Of a stretch of 64,000 bases of DNA, positions 33,996-45,311 are shown piece by piece. The stretch comes from Lytechinus pictus (lineage: Eukaryota), in assembly GCF_037042905.1 (NCBI RefSeq), contig NC_087245.1:30568001-30632000 (forward strand), in the 5' to 3' direction. Below the pieces are notes generated by a model that was not told where the DNA came from, searched no databases, and worked only from the letters and a program-made list of their open reading frames with translations. The translations under genes and the position numbers were made by a program. The first letter of the stretch is position 1. Each line of letters opens with the position of its first letter.

Positions 33996-35685
33996 CATCC
34001 CTCAATTCGTGACAAATATTTTGTTAATTAATGCAGTTTAATAGTATTTATTTTTTGACCATATATATTCTCTGATGCAGTTGCCGATTTGCCAATTATT
34101 TTGAATCTTCATATTAGTAGTCAAATGAAGACCGTAGCCATTTCCCACATTCGGATGTGTTTTTGGTCCAGATTTTGACAGTAACTTGAAAAAGAAATTT
34201 ACATTTTCATGTTAATAATTAATGTAATTTTATATCAAGAATTTTTCAGGGCATTTTCACACATGAATTATACTACTTTATGATGTACAGTGTGATGTGT
34301 ACATTGTGCATGTTGATATCTATTTATTGTCTTAACTGTGAATCCCTTTGTAATTCTTATGAATTCTTGGAATGTTATATCTACAAGAACATGTCATTCA
34401 TAATATTTCGATAATAATCCTGTAAACACTGCAAACTTATGTATGTTATGTCTCCCTATTATGATACTTTGAACTCTTTTTTATTCCTTATTATATTTTC
34501 ACTTATCGTGTAACACATCTCACTCTATGTTTATCAGCAGTGCTTCCATTCTGCGATCACACACAATGAATAATAAGTCCTGCAATGCCTGTGCTATAAA
34601 CAAAAGTAGACTCTTGTAGATTGAATGACAGTCTTGTATTTAATGGTATTGAATATTCAATTTATTATTGAAGTGAAGATCCTTCTCCCCCCCCCTCTCT
34701 CTCTCTGTCACTCCCCATTTCTCTATCTCTCTCCCTTCTCTATGTATCCCCTCCCTCTTTGTTTTCACCCCTTTTCATTTTGAATGACATGTTTAGCCAG
34801 CTTCACACAGCCATTGAACAATGAATTTGATATTTATAAAATACCACAAAAGTGAGTATTTTCTTCTTCTGATGGCTTCTGTAGACACCTAACAATTAAG
34901 AACAGTTTTCTGAATAAAATCAGTCAATTACTCTGCTACCCTTTATAGGTGATTTTGCATAATATATATACCAAGTGTAGGGCTCTCTCTATTATTAGCA
35001 ATCTTACACTTATTCAGTCTTCGTCATTATTGGCATTATTACATGTAGGTGTTATATTTTCTAGAGTGGCTGCAGAGTCCCACTCTAAGAGTGGCAGTCT
35101 CTTGAGCAATCTGAACAGATGGAAGAGGTTGGTGCTGAATCAGATACTGATGCTGACCTCGCCTTTCTTCTCTAAGCTGTTTTGTCTACCAGTTGAGCAT
35201 GTCATATACTTTCTGCCATTTTGTCACCTACATGTACATTAACTTCACAGACGACGTCCATTGGCTACAGCTTCCTCAATGTCGTTAGTGTCAATGCCAG
35301 AAAATTTCATGTCAAATTTGCAGGTGTCTTTGAAAAGGAGGTGTGGATGTGTGGTCTTCCAATGGGATTATACCCATCACACAGCTCCCACTTATCATAT
35401 CCCCACAATATGTGCAGTATTTTGTTGCCAATCTTGAGATATTTCTCTGTTAGAATATTCAATCTTATAATCTGTACTCTTAACCATTTCAGAAGCAATA
35501 CTATTGCAACTTTGTGGACCCAATATCGATTTGTTGCAAGTTTTTTGTTTCGTTATGAATAATTGTTTTTGTGATTTATGTGCTTTTTCGGTTTCTTTGG
35601 TGTCCGCCTTGTCAGACCAGTGGCCCATCCTTGTATGAAAGCACCTCAGTCCACGGGGGGGGGGGGGGGGGGATTTACCAATCTA

Positions 35686-35842
35686 GGACCCTGTTTCATG
35701 AAGACTTACAACTTTGGTTAATTTGTCATTATATTGACTACTATGATAACAAAGCTCAGCAGCCAATCAAAATCAAGTTTTCCTTGGTAGTCACAATAAT
35801 AGCAAAGTTAACATAGCTGTAAGATTTTATGAAACTGGCCCC
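35686..35842. mobile_element. Short MITE of the 8721-8884 family
   Basis: GGACCCTGTTTCATGAAG / TTTTATGAAACTGGCCCC ends, with internal CAGCAGCCAATCA. Confidence 0.6.
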
Positions 35843-36600
35843 AGATAAGACTTTATGCATACATTTAGGTCCACTTCACCCATCATACAGGTACATACAG
35901 TATATCTTTCCTCAATTGTTGAAATCAAGGTCCACACAGCCAAAGAGTTTATTTGTAAAGAAAGAGAATTTTGATTAAATTTTCAGCATGACGTTTGATT
36001 GAATGATATTTCTCATTTTATTCACATAATTCTATTTTGTTGGAGTGGACTTTCCCTTTAAAGTGCTCTTTCTTCTAATTGTTTAGATCATATATGTGAA
36101 GTTGAAAAAAATGATTGTCAAATCGTTATCTGTTATGCAAGGTTGAACATACCAACACTGATATCCCCCTCCTTCACTCAACTCAATATAAAGTATACTG
36201 ATATTGATATATTTATCAGTGTTCTCGTCTCTGAATATCCATCAATATTGATTTAAAAGAAAAGCTTTGGTGATGCAAAAAAAAATACAAGCAAACATTT
36301 TATGCATCTTATGTGAGCAGTATTAAACATTTAAATTTCCTTTATGTTTTCTCAATGCACCCTTAATGCATGTTTTAATTGACATAGCACGATGAAGCCT
36401 TATCCCCTTTATAATAATATGTATTGATCACATGGATATTATTTAGTAAGCTGGATTGCTAATGCTCAATTAGAATTGCAATTTTCAGAATATTTGAATG
36501 ATCTTCCATTAAAATACAGCTGAAACACAATTACTTGTTTTGACAGACAATGAATTATAGTCTTGATAGTTATTCTATGAAGATATGTAGGTTAGCCATA

Positions 36601-37502
36601 GTGATGATGTGATGATGATGATGATGATTATGATGTGATGGTGTTTATGATGTGATGGTGATGATGATGGTGGTGGTGGTGGTGGTGGTGGTGATGATGA
36701 TGATGGTGATGATGATGATGATGGTGATGATAAGGGGGTTGATGATATAATAAATGGTGATATTTTTTATGATGAGTGTGATTATTAAAATGATGAGGAT
36801 ATTGGTAGGAGAGAAATGATGGTATTGATGATGGGGATGGTGACGGTTAGTCTGCAGTACAAACCCTTCACTTTAGTTAAGGGGTCTGAATGTGCAGCCT
36901 ACAATGATTTGTGTACTGAAGGCCCTCTCGCTCCTGAAATTAAAACGGCAAGTTTATATGTGCTAGTCTTGTGTTGTGAAGACCCACTTGATCAAATTTT
37001 CAATCAGGGTCTGTGCAAGCAGACTAGGTGATGTTATGTAGGATAGCCATAGTGATGATGATGATGGTAATGGTGGTGGTGATAAGGATGATGGTGATGA
37101 TGATGCTGCTGATGATGATTGATAATGATGATGAAGATGATGATAATGATGATGATGGTAATGATGAAGATGTTTATGATTATGATAATGGTGATGATGA
37201 CTACTATTTCTCCCCCTCTCTCCATCTCCCTTCCCCTTTCTCCTTTATTCTCTCTTTCATCTCATCCCTTTCCTTTATTTTTTTTTCTTTCCCCTTCTCT
37301 CTCTATCTCCCTCACTCTTTTCCCTTCTCTGTGTTTCCCCTCTCCATCCTTCTTTTCTTTTGTTCTCTTTCAGCTTCCCTTTTCCCCTCTCCTTCATTTC
37401 TTTTCCTTCTCTTTGCTTCTTCTCTTCTTCTAATCTTTAGCTTCTTTTTTTAATCTCTATTTCCATCCCCTCTCTCCCTCCCTTCATTTCTTCTCTTTCT
37501 CC
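36601..37502. repeat. Low-complexity cluster: (GAT/GGT)n at 36601-36731 and 37051-37200, polypyrimidine tract at 37207-37502
   Basis: Directly visible simple repeats. Confidence 0.9.
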
Positions 37503-38126
37503 AGAATACTACACTTTTCGTACGCGCATAGAATATTAATAGAGAGTTTTTGCACCGAGACGCATAACGGATTCAAGAATACAGTAAATGTATTGAAAAT
37601 GTCCGTCGACAATGAACAGCTGCGAGGTGTTTGTCGAAACTTGGTGAACAGGAACATCAGTTTAGTCCTCAGTTTCGGAGCTGACGTGAAATTGCAAATA
37701 GGCCCTATGTAGTGTCCACGACGAAGCTGCTGTTTTGAACTTTTGATTCACCAATTTTCGACTCGGACCTCTTCTTTGTTAATATGAATAATGGCAATAC
37801 ATTTTCTATGTTCTTGAATTTGATCTGCGTCGCGATGCGAAAAATTCCCTTCTGAAAAGACCGGGAAAAGACATTGACGGATACAGTCGCTATTGAATCC
37901 TTTAACAAAAAGGCAAATGTCAATCCAAGGTAAATGTGCAATGGGGCGAAGAAAGCGAGCACAATGGCAAGAAATTTTGAATGCGGCATCCGGTAGTCGC
38001 GAATGAGTGAATCGAATGTATACAATAAAAATGGCGCCATGATCTAATTTAACAGCGGACCACGCACACTAACAGGACATCCGAGAGATTTTCTTTTCCT
38101 GATATTACTGCATATGAGAGGAAACG

Positions 38127-38174
38127 ATGGAAACTTTAGGAAGTGATTGTAAACATAAGTTTGGTGATAAACAG
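38127..38174 (+). CDS. Candidate first coding exon of an unidentified gene (METLGSDCKHKFGDKQ)
   Basis: ACGATGG Kozak context, 16 open codons, perfect CAG|GTAAGT donor, downstream of a CpG-rich segment with AAAATGGCG. No homology recognised. Confidence 0.35.
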
Positions 38175-38889
38175 GTAAGTGAAATGATTATCTAAATATT
38201 CAAATGTATTTTGGGGAACGTTTAAAAAAATGGTTCAAAGCATAGAAAAGTATCTCGACATGGACCAGTCTGTCGACACGTACAGAATATTAAAGAAGAA
38301 GTATTAATGGATGTGTCTACCAAGATTAATTAATAGTGTGTCAGTTATTATGCGAACTGATCTAATTAAACATAATAAAATAGAAACAATTAAATCAACG
38401 CCTTCTACCAAAACTGAAGATGTACATATGATCAGTGACTTTTTTTGTTCATATAAAGTTCTTCCTTGTAAATTGGGATTTATTTGTCAGCTATCAATCA
38501 TGTAATATGTTTCTTATGTCGTTTTTACGTTCATAGAACAATAAAAAGGACTTTTCAAGAGATCAACTAATAAAATAAAACTTTCAAATGATGTACATAT
38601 CCATGACAGTTATAAAAGAAAAACCAGTTTCTTTTCCTTTTCATCACTGAAATTGTATTCTAGAAATAATTTCTTCAAAAAGTAAAACATGTTTTGTATC
38701 CTTATTCCCAGGCGCGTATCCATGAATTTGCACCCCGGGGTCGCGACCTAAAATTATCTTATTGCAAAATCACGTGAATAAAGGGCATTCGAAGGCCATG
38801 AAGCAAAATTCATGTGTTGTAATACCACATTTTGAAAAGAATAAATGCGACCAGAAAGCATATAATTTTAAGTACTTTGGGGTTAAAAG

Positions 38890-40290
38890 TTAGTTTAATT
38901 TCTCATCAGAGTAGGCCCTACAAAAATTAAGTGAGCGGGAGCTGTCATTTCTTTATCAGGGGCGGATCCAACTTTCGCCAATACGGGGGGGGGGGGGTGG
39001 AAAAGTATTCATATCAATATGTTTCCCGATGGGACATTCTAAGCATTTTTTGTAACAATGAACATATGATATACATATATCTCATGCAACAATTAAAGCG
39101 AGCGCGAAACGCGAGCTGAAAAAATATATATTCTGACCCAGATTGAAAAAAATTTATTAGCACTTTTGGTAATCCAGAACAGGATGGATATCTATCTCAA
39201 CATTTTATGCAAGCGCGAAGCGCGAGCTGAATTTTTTAAAATTTCTGATCCAAAACCGTGCATTTTGAGCTCTCCTTGTAACCATGATCGGGATGGGTAT
39301 CTATCAAAAAAATTGATGCGAGCGCGAAGCGCGAACTGAACATTTTTTATAAAAGTTCGGACTTAAAATTTGGACATTCTAAGCACTACTGGTAATCACA
39401 AACAGGATGGGTATCTATCTAAACAATTGTGCTAGCGCGAAGGGCGAGCTAAAATTATTATTTAGTTTAATTTCTCATCAGAGTAGGCCCTACAAAAATT
39501 AAGTGAGCGGGAGCTGTCATTTCTTTATCAGGGGCGGATCCAACTTTCGCCAATACGGGGGGGGGGTGGAAAAGTATTCATATCAATATGTTTCCCGATG
39601 GGACATTCTAAGCATTTTTTGTAACAATGAACATATGATATACATATATCTCATGCAACAATTAAAGCGAGCGCGAAACGCGAGCTGAAAAAATATATAT
39701 TCTGACCCAGATTGAAAAAAATTTATTAGCACTTTTGGTAATCCAGAACAGGATGGATATCTATCTCAACATTTTATGCAAGCGCGAAGCGCGAGCTGAA
39801 TTTTTTAAAATTTCTGATCCAAAACCGTGCATTTTGAGCTCTCCTTGTAACCATGATCGGGATGGGTATCTATCAAAAAAATTGATGCGAGCGCGAAGCG
39901 CGAACTGAACATTTTTTATAAAAGTTCGGACTTAAAATTTGGACATTCTAAGCACTACTGGTAATCACAAACAGGATGGGTATCTATCTAAACAATTGTG
40001 CTAGCGCGAAGGGCGAGCTAAAATTATTATTTTCTGACTAAAAATTGGAGATTCTAAGCAGTTTTGGTAATCATGAACAGGATAGGCATCTAGCTATAAG
40101 CATTCCACGCGAGCGCGAGCTGAAAATCTTTTATATTTCGACCCGACGTTAGACATTCTATGCTCTTTTCTAACCATGAACGGGATCGTCACCTTACTAA
40201 ACAAATGATGCAACCGCGAAGAGCGAGATGATTTTGATTGACATTCTGACCTAAAATTTGGACTTTCAAAGCACTTTTTGTAATCATGTG
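38890..40290. repeat. ~110-bp minisatellite (GCGAGCGCGAAGCGCGAGCTGAA motif) with a 572-bp near-perfect tandem duplication
   Basis: Motif at ~39098, 39208, 39318, 39431, 39668, 39778, 39888 and 40000; 38890-39461 is repeated at 39462-40031 (twin ORFs at 38931 and 39503). Confidence 0.9.
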
Positions 40291-40790
40291 TCGCGCCCGA
40301 AAGTGAAACATGAATTTTGCGCCCCAGGACAAACATCATATTGGCGCCCCTATATCGAACGTCAAATCGGGAAACCTAGGTTGAACATCAAGTCAGCGCC
40401 CCCAGGTTGAACATCAATTCGAAGCCCCTATGTCGAATATCAATTCGGCGCCCGCCCCCCCCCCCCTCGGTTGAACACCAATCAGCGCACCAATGTCGAA
40501 CATCAACTCGACGACCCCCTAGGTCGACCATCAATTCGGCGCCCCTACAACTGTCGGTCAAACATCAGTTCGCCCCCCTAGGTCGAGCTTCGATTCCCCC
40601 CCCCCCCCCCCGGTCGAACATAAATTCTGCGCCCCCTATCTCGAACATCAATTCGGCACCCCTAAGTGAAATATGAATTCGGCGCCCACTTAGGTCGGAC
40701 ATTAATCCGGCTCCCTCCTTCGTTAAACATTAAGTCGGCGCCTACATATGTCGGACATCAAGTCGGCCACCCCCTCCCCCCTCGGTTGAA

Positions 40791-41130
40791 TTCATCATTA
40801 GATCATCTTCACCTTCATTTTTACCATCATTGTTTTTTTCTTCTTGACTATATATTATATAGCAAATATTGGTTTTCTTTGATTTTCTTTTTGACACTTA
40901 ACTGATATTTTAATATTTCGTATTCATCCATTCTGCTCATGTTATGATTATATTATAAATAAATGTTTCGGTTTGTCATATTTTCAAGCATTGTTTTGCT
41001 TACAATGGCGATCCATCTTCTGCTACTGATTTTATGTTCAATGATATCTTCCTAATATATTGTCAAAATATATATGTTATATATATATTATATCATATTG
41101 GTATGTAGAAAAAAAAAATCAAATCAAATC
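40791..41130 (+). mobile_element. AT-rich insertion ending in A-run + (AAATC)3; probable 5'-truncated non-LTR retroelement tail
   Basis: Splits one satellite monomer (GGTTGAA|...|ACATCAATTCGG) and ends in a simple-repeat tail. Confidence 0.55.
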
Positions 41131-43515
41131 AAACATCAATTCGGCGCCACTAGCTAGAACGTCAATTCTGTGCCCCTCCCCCAATGTCAAACATTAATTT
41201 GGCGCCCTGAGTAAAATATGAATTCGGCGCCTACTTAGGTCAGACATTAATTCGGCGCCAACTTAGTTCGGACATTAATTCGGCTCCCCCTTTGTCGAAC
41301 ATCAATTCGGCGCCTCTAGATCGAATATCAATTTTGCGCCCCTCTTGGTGCAACATCAATTTAGCCCCCCCCCCCTAGTTGAACATAAATTCGGAGCCCA
41401 CGTGTCAAACATCAACTTTGCGCCCCAAGACAAATGTCAAATTGGCGCCCTTATATCGAACATAAATTTGGCGCCTCTAGGTCGAACACTAATTCGGTGC
41501 CCCCTAGGTTTAACACTAAATCGGCAGCCTTATGTCGAAAATCAATTTGGCGCCCCTATGTCGAACATCAATTCGGTGCCCCTAGCTCGAACATCAATTT
41601 GGCGCCTCCTCTATCGAACATCGATTTGGCGCCCCCCCCCCCCCTATGTCGAACGTCAATTCAGCGCCACGAGGTAGAACGTCAGTTCGGTGCCCCCGTC
41701 CACCTAGTTTTAAGATCAATTCGGCACCCACCTAGGTCGGACATTAATTCGGCTCCCCCTTTGCAACCATCAATTCGGCGCCGCTAGGTCGAATATCAGT
41801 TTGGCGCCCCCTTGGTGCAACATCAATTCAGTCACCCCCCCCCCCATCCGTTGAACATCGATTCGGCGCCCCTAGGTCGAACATTAATTTGGCGCCCCCA
41901 TGGTGGAACATCAATTCTGCGCCCTCTAGGTCGAGCATTACTTCTGCACGCCCCCTAGATCGAACATCAATTCTGCGCCCCCCTAGGTCGAACATCAATT
42001 CGGCAAGTCTATGTGTAACATCAATTTGGCGCCCCCCCCCACTCGATGCAATATAAATTCAGCCACCCGAGTTTGAACATATATTCAGCGTCAATTTGTC
42101 GAACATCGATTCGGCGCCCCTATGTCGAACATCAATTCGCCCCCCCCCCCCTTGGTGAAACATAAAATCAGCCCCCCTAATTGAACATCAATTCCGCGCC
42201 CAAGTATATCAGACATTTATTCGGCTCCCCCTTTGTTCTTGGAATTAATGTTCAACCAAATACACTAAATCGGCAACCTTATGTCATACATGAATTCGGC
42301 ACCCTCCTATGTCGAACATTAATTCGGCGCCCTGAGTAAAATATGAATTCGGCGCCTACCTAGGTCGGACACATTAATTCGGCGCCAACTTAGTTCGGAC
42401 ATTAATTCGGCTCCCCTTTGTCGAACATTAATTCAGCGCCTCTAGATCTAATATCAATTTTGCGCCCCTTTTGGTGCAACATCAATTCAGCCCCCCCCCC
42501 AAGGATGAACATCAATTCAACGCCCCTCCCCTAGGTTTAAGATCAATTCGGAGCCGGCTTGTCAAACATCAATTTGGCGCCCCTAGGTGAAACATTATTC
42601 GGTGCCCCCCTAGGTGGAGCATTAATTCGGTGCCCCTTGGTTTAACACTAAATCGGCAACCTTATGTCAAACATGAATTCGGCACCCTCCTATGTCGAAC
42701 ATTTATTCGGCGCCCTGAGTAAAATATGAATTGGGCGCCTACTTAGTTCGGACATTAATTCGGCTCCCCTTTGTCGAACATCAATTCGGCGCCTCTAGGT
42801 CGAATATCAGTTTGGCGCCCCCTTGGTGCAACATCAATTCAGTCACCCCCCCCCCCCCCATCATCCGTTGAACATCGATTCGGCGCCCCTAGGTCGAACA
42901 TTAATTTGGCGCCCCCATGGTGGAACATCAATTCTGCGCCCTCTAGGTCGAGCATTACTTCTGCACGCCCCCTAGATCGAACATCAATTCTGCGCCCCCC
43001 TAGGTCGAACATCAATTCGGCAAGTCTATGTGTAACATCAATTTGGCGCCCCCCCCCCCCCACTCGATGCAACATAAATTCAGCCACCCGAGTTTGAACA
43101 TATATTCAGCGCCAATTTGTCGAACATCGATTCGGCGCCCCTATGTCGAACATCAATTCGCCCCCCCCCCCTTGGTGAAACATAAAATCAGCCCCCCTAA
43201 TTGAACATCAATTCCGCGCCCAAGTATATCAGACATTTATTCGGCTCCCCCTTTGTCCTTGGAATTAATGTTCAACCAAGGACACTAAATCGGCAACCTT
43301 ATGTCATACATGAATTCGGCACCCTCCTATGTCGAACATTAATTCGGCGCCCTGAGTAAAATATGAATTCGGCGCCTACCTAGGTCGGACACATTAATTC
43401 GGCGCCAACTTAGTTCGGACATTAATTCTGCTCCCACGTGTCAAACATCCAATTGGCGCCACAAGACAAACGTCAAATTGGTGCCCTTACGTCGAACATC
43501 AATTTGACCTCTCTA

Positions 43516-45311
43516 CAGTGCGTCCCAAAAAAAACTATACACTTTTGAAATGGCTGCCAAATAAAAAAATAGCACTTTGGGGGAAATAACTTATAGATAT
43601 GGAAAGCCGATAAAGTCAACTTTCAAGTGACACCAAAAAGTTGGAAAACTATTCATGCTTGAGCGAGCACTGCCCACTGAAACAAAGGGTATGAAAATTA
43701 GGGTGGGCCGGAATTAGCCTTCCAATTTCTTTCAGGTTTTTTGTTTGGTACTTGCAAAGTTGAGGGTTCTTTGGTGAATGAAAGATCAGTTGTGATAGTT
43801 TGTTGTTTGTGAAAATTTAATGCGTTTATTACATTGAAATTTAATGCATGAGTGATCGTGAATTGCAATTTTTAGTGCAGCATTTTGTCTTTATCATGTG
43901 GATCTCAACAATGTGTTTATGAAAGTCAGGAGAAGAGGGGGTAATATGACTTAGGTAGGTGAAGTACGTTGATGGGATAAAGGTCAACAGAACATTTAGC
44001 AACCCCTCCCTCCATCTCAACCCCCATCCCCGCTTCTTTCCTCCTCAGACACTAAGCTCGGCTAGGCTGGGCAGGAATTAGCCTTACAGTTTTTTTGAGT
44101 GGTTAGTCCTTTTGGAACTTGCTAAGCTAAATTAATGAGTGAGATAAGTTTTGGTTTCTTAGGCAAATTTCATGAGTTACTAAATTGAAATTTAATGCAT
44201 GAGTGAACAGGAATTGAAATTTTAGTGTAGCATATTCATCTTGTGGACCTCAGAAGTGTGTTCGTGAGAGTCAGAGAAAATGTGATGGTACCTGTTACAA
44301 GCAAGAGGGCGAGATATGCTAAGACTTGGTTAAAAGGGCATTCCTCTTCTTTTTGTCCTTTTACAAATTAAAAGTAATAATTATGTACCCTCCCCTCTCC
44401 ACCTCCATTTCCCAGCCCCCCCCCCCCCTCTCTGTCTCACTTCCTGGATTGTAGCCTATTCAAAACTTAGCTGCCAAGTGACCGGTGGCTGATGGTCACT
44501 TTTTCATTGAATTATTACCAAGAAATTTAATGATTATGATGATTAATGAAATAATTTATTGAAAAAAAAACTGAATGTTTGATTGATCACATTGCACATT
44601 CAATGAGTTGATTTACTGATAAATTGTTGATTAAATGATTGATAGGAAACAGTTGATGCCCCAATTCAGAATTAATCATTAAATCAACATTCCGCTCTGG
44701 ACTTCACGCGTACATGACAATAGCCATCAGTCTCTCAACAGGAGGGGAGGGCGGGAAAGAGGGAGGGGGCGGGGGCTGAATGTTCTGTTGACCCTTATTC
44801 CATCAACCTACTTCTCCCACTTAAGTCCTATCTCACTCCCTATTCTCCCGACTCCCATGAACACACTGCTGAGATCCACATGATAAAGTTGAAATGCTGC
44901 CCAAAAAGAGATCCAAATGATAAAGTTGAAATGCTGCCCCAAAAGTGTAATTTGTGTTCACTCATGCATTAAAGTTCAATTTAATAATTTATAGAATTTG
45001 CATAAGCAACCAAAACTGGTTACGGTTGATCATTAATTTATCACAACGCCCTTAACTTTGCAAGTTCGAAAGGATTTGCCTCTTAAAAACTGACATAAAT
45101 TGGAAGGCTAATTCCAGCCCACCCTAATTTTCATACCCTTTGTTTCAGTGGGCAGTGCTCGCTCAAGCATGAACAGTTTTCCAACTTTTTGGTGTCATTT
45201 GAAAGTTGACTTTATTGGCTTTCCATATATGTAAAAAAAAAAATCCCAAAATGCGATATTTTTTATTTGGCAGCCATTTCAAAAGTGTATAGTTTTTTTT
45301 GGGACGCACTG
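43516..45311. mobile_element. 1796-bp non-autonomous Tc1/mariner-type element in the satellite
   Basis: TA|CAGTGCGTCCCAAAAAAAACTATAC...GTATAGTTTTTTTGGGACGCACTG|TA; ~210-bp well-matched TIRs; no transposase ORF; empty-site paralogue at 49981-50020. Confidence 0.95.

Noticed and set aside
37028..37453. Acidic/hydrophobic ORFs suggesting a membrane protein
   Set aside because: Translations of (GAT)n and polypyrimidine low-complexity DNA.
37705..38040. 111-aa minus-strand ORF MAPFLLY...
   Set aside because: No recognisable domain or splice support; probably a chance ORF in a GC-richer segment.
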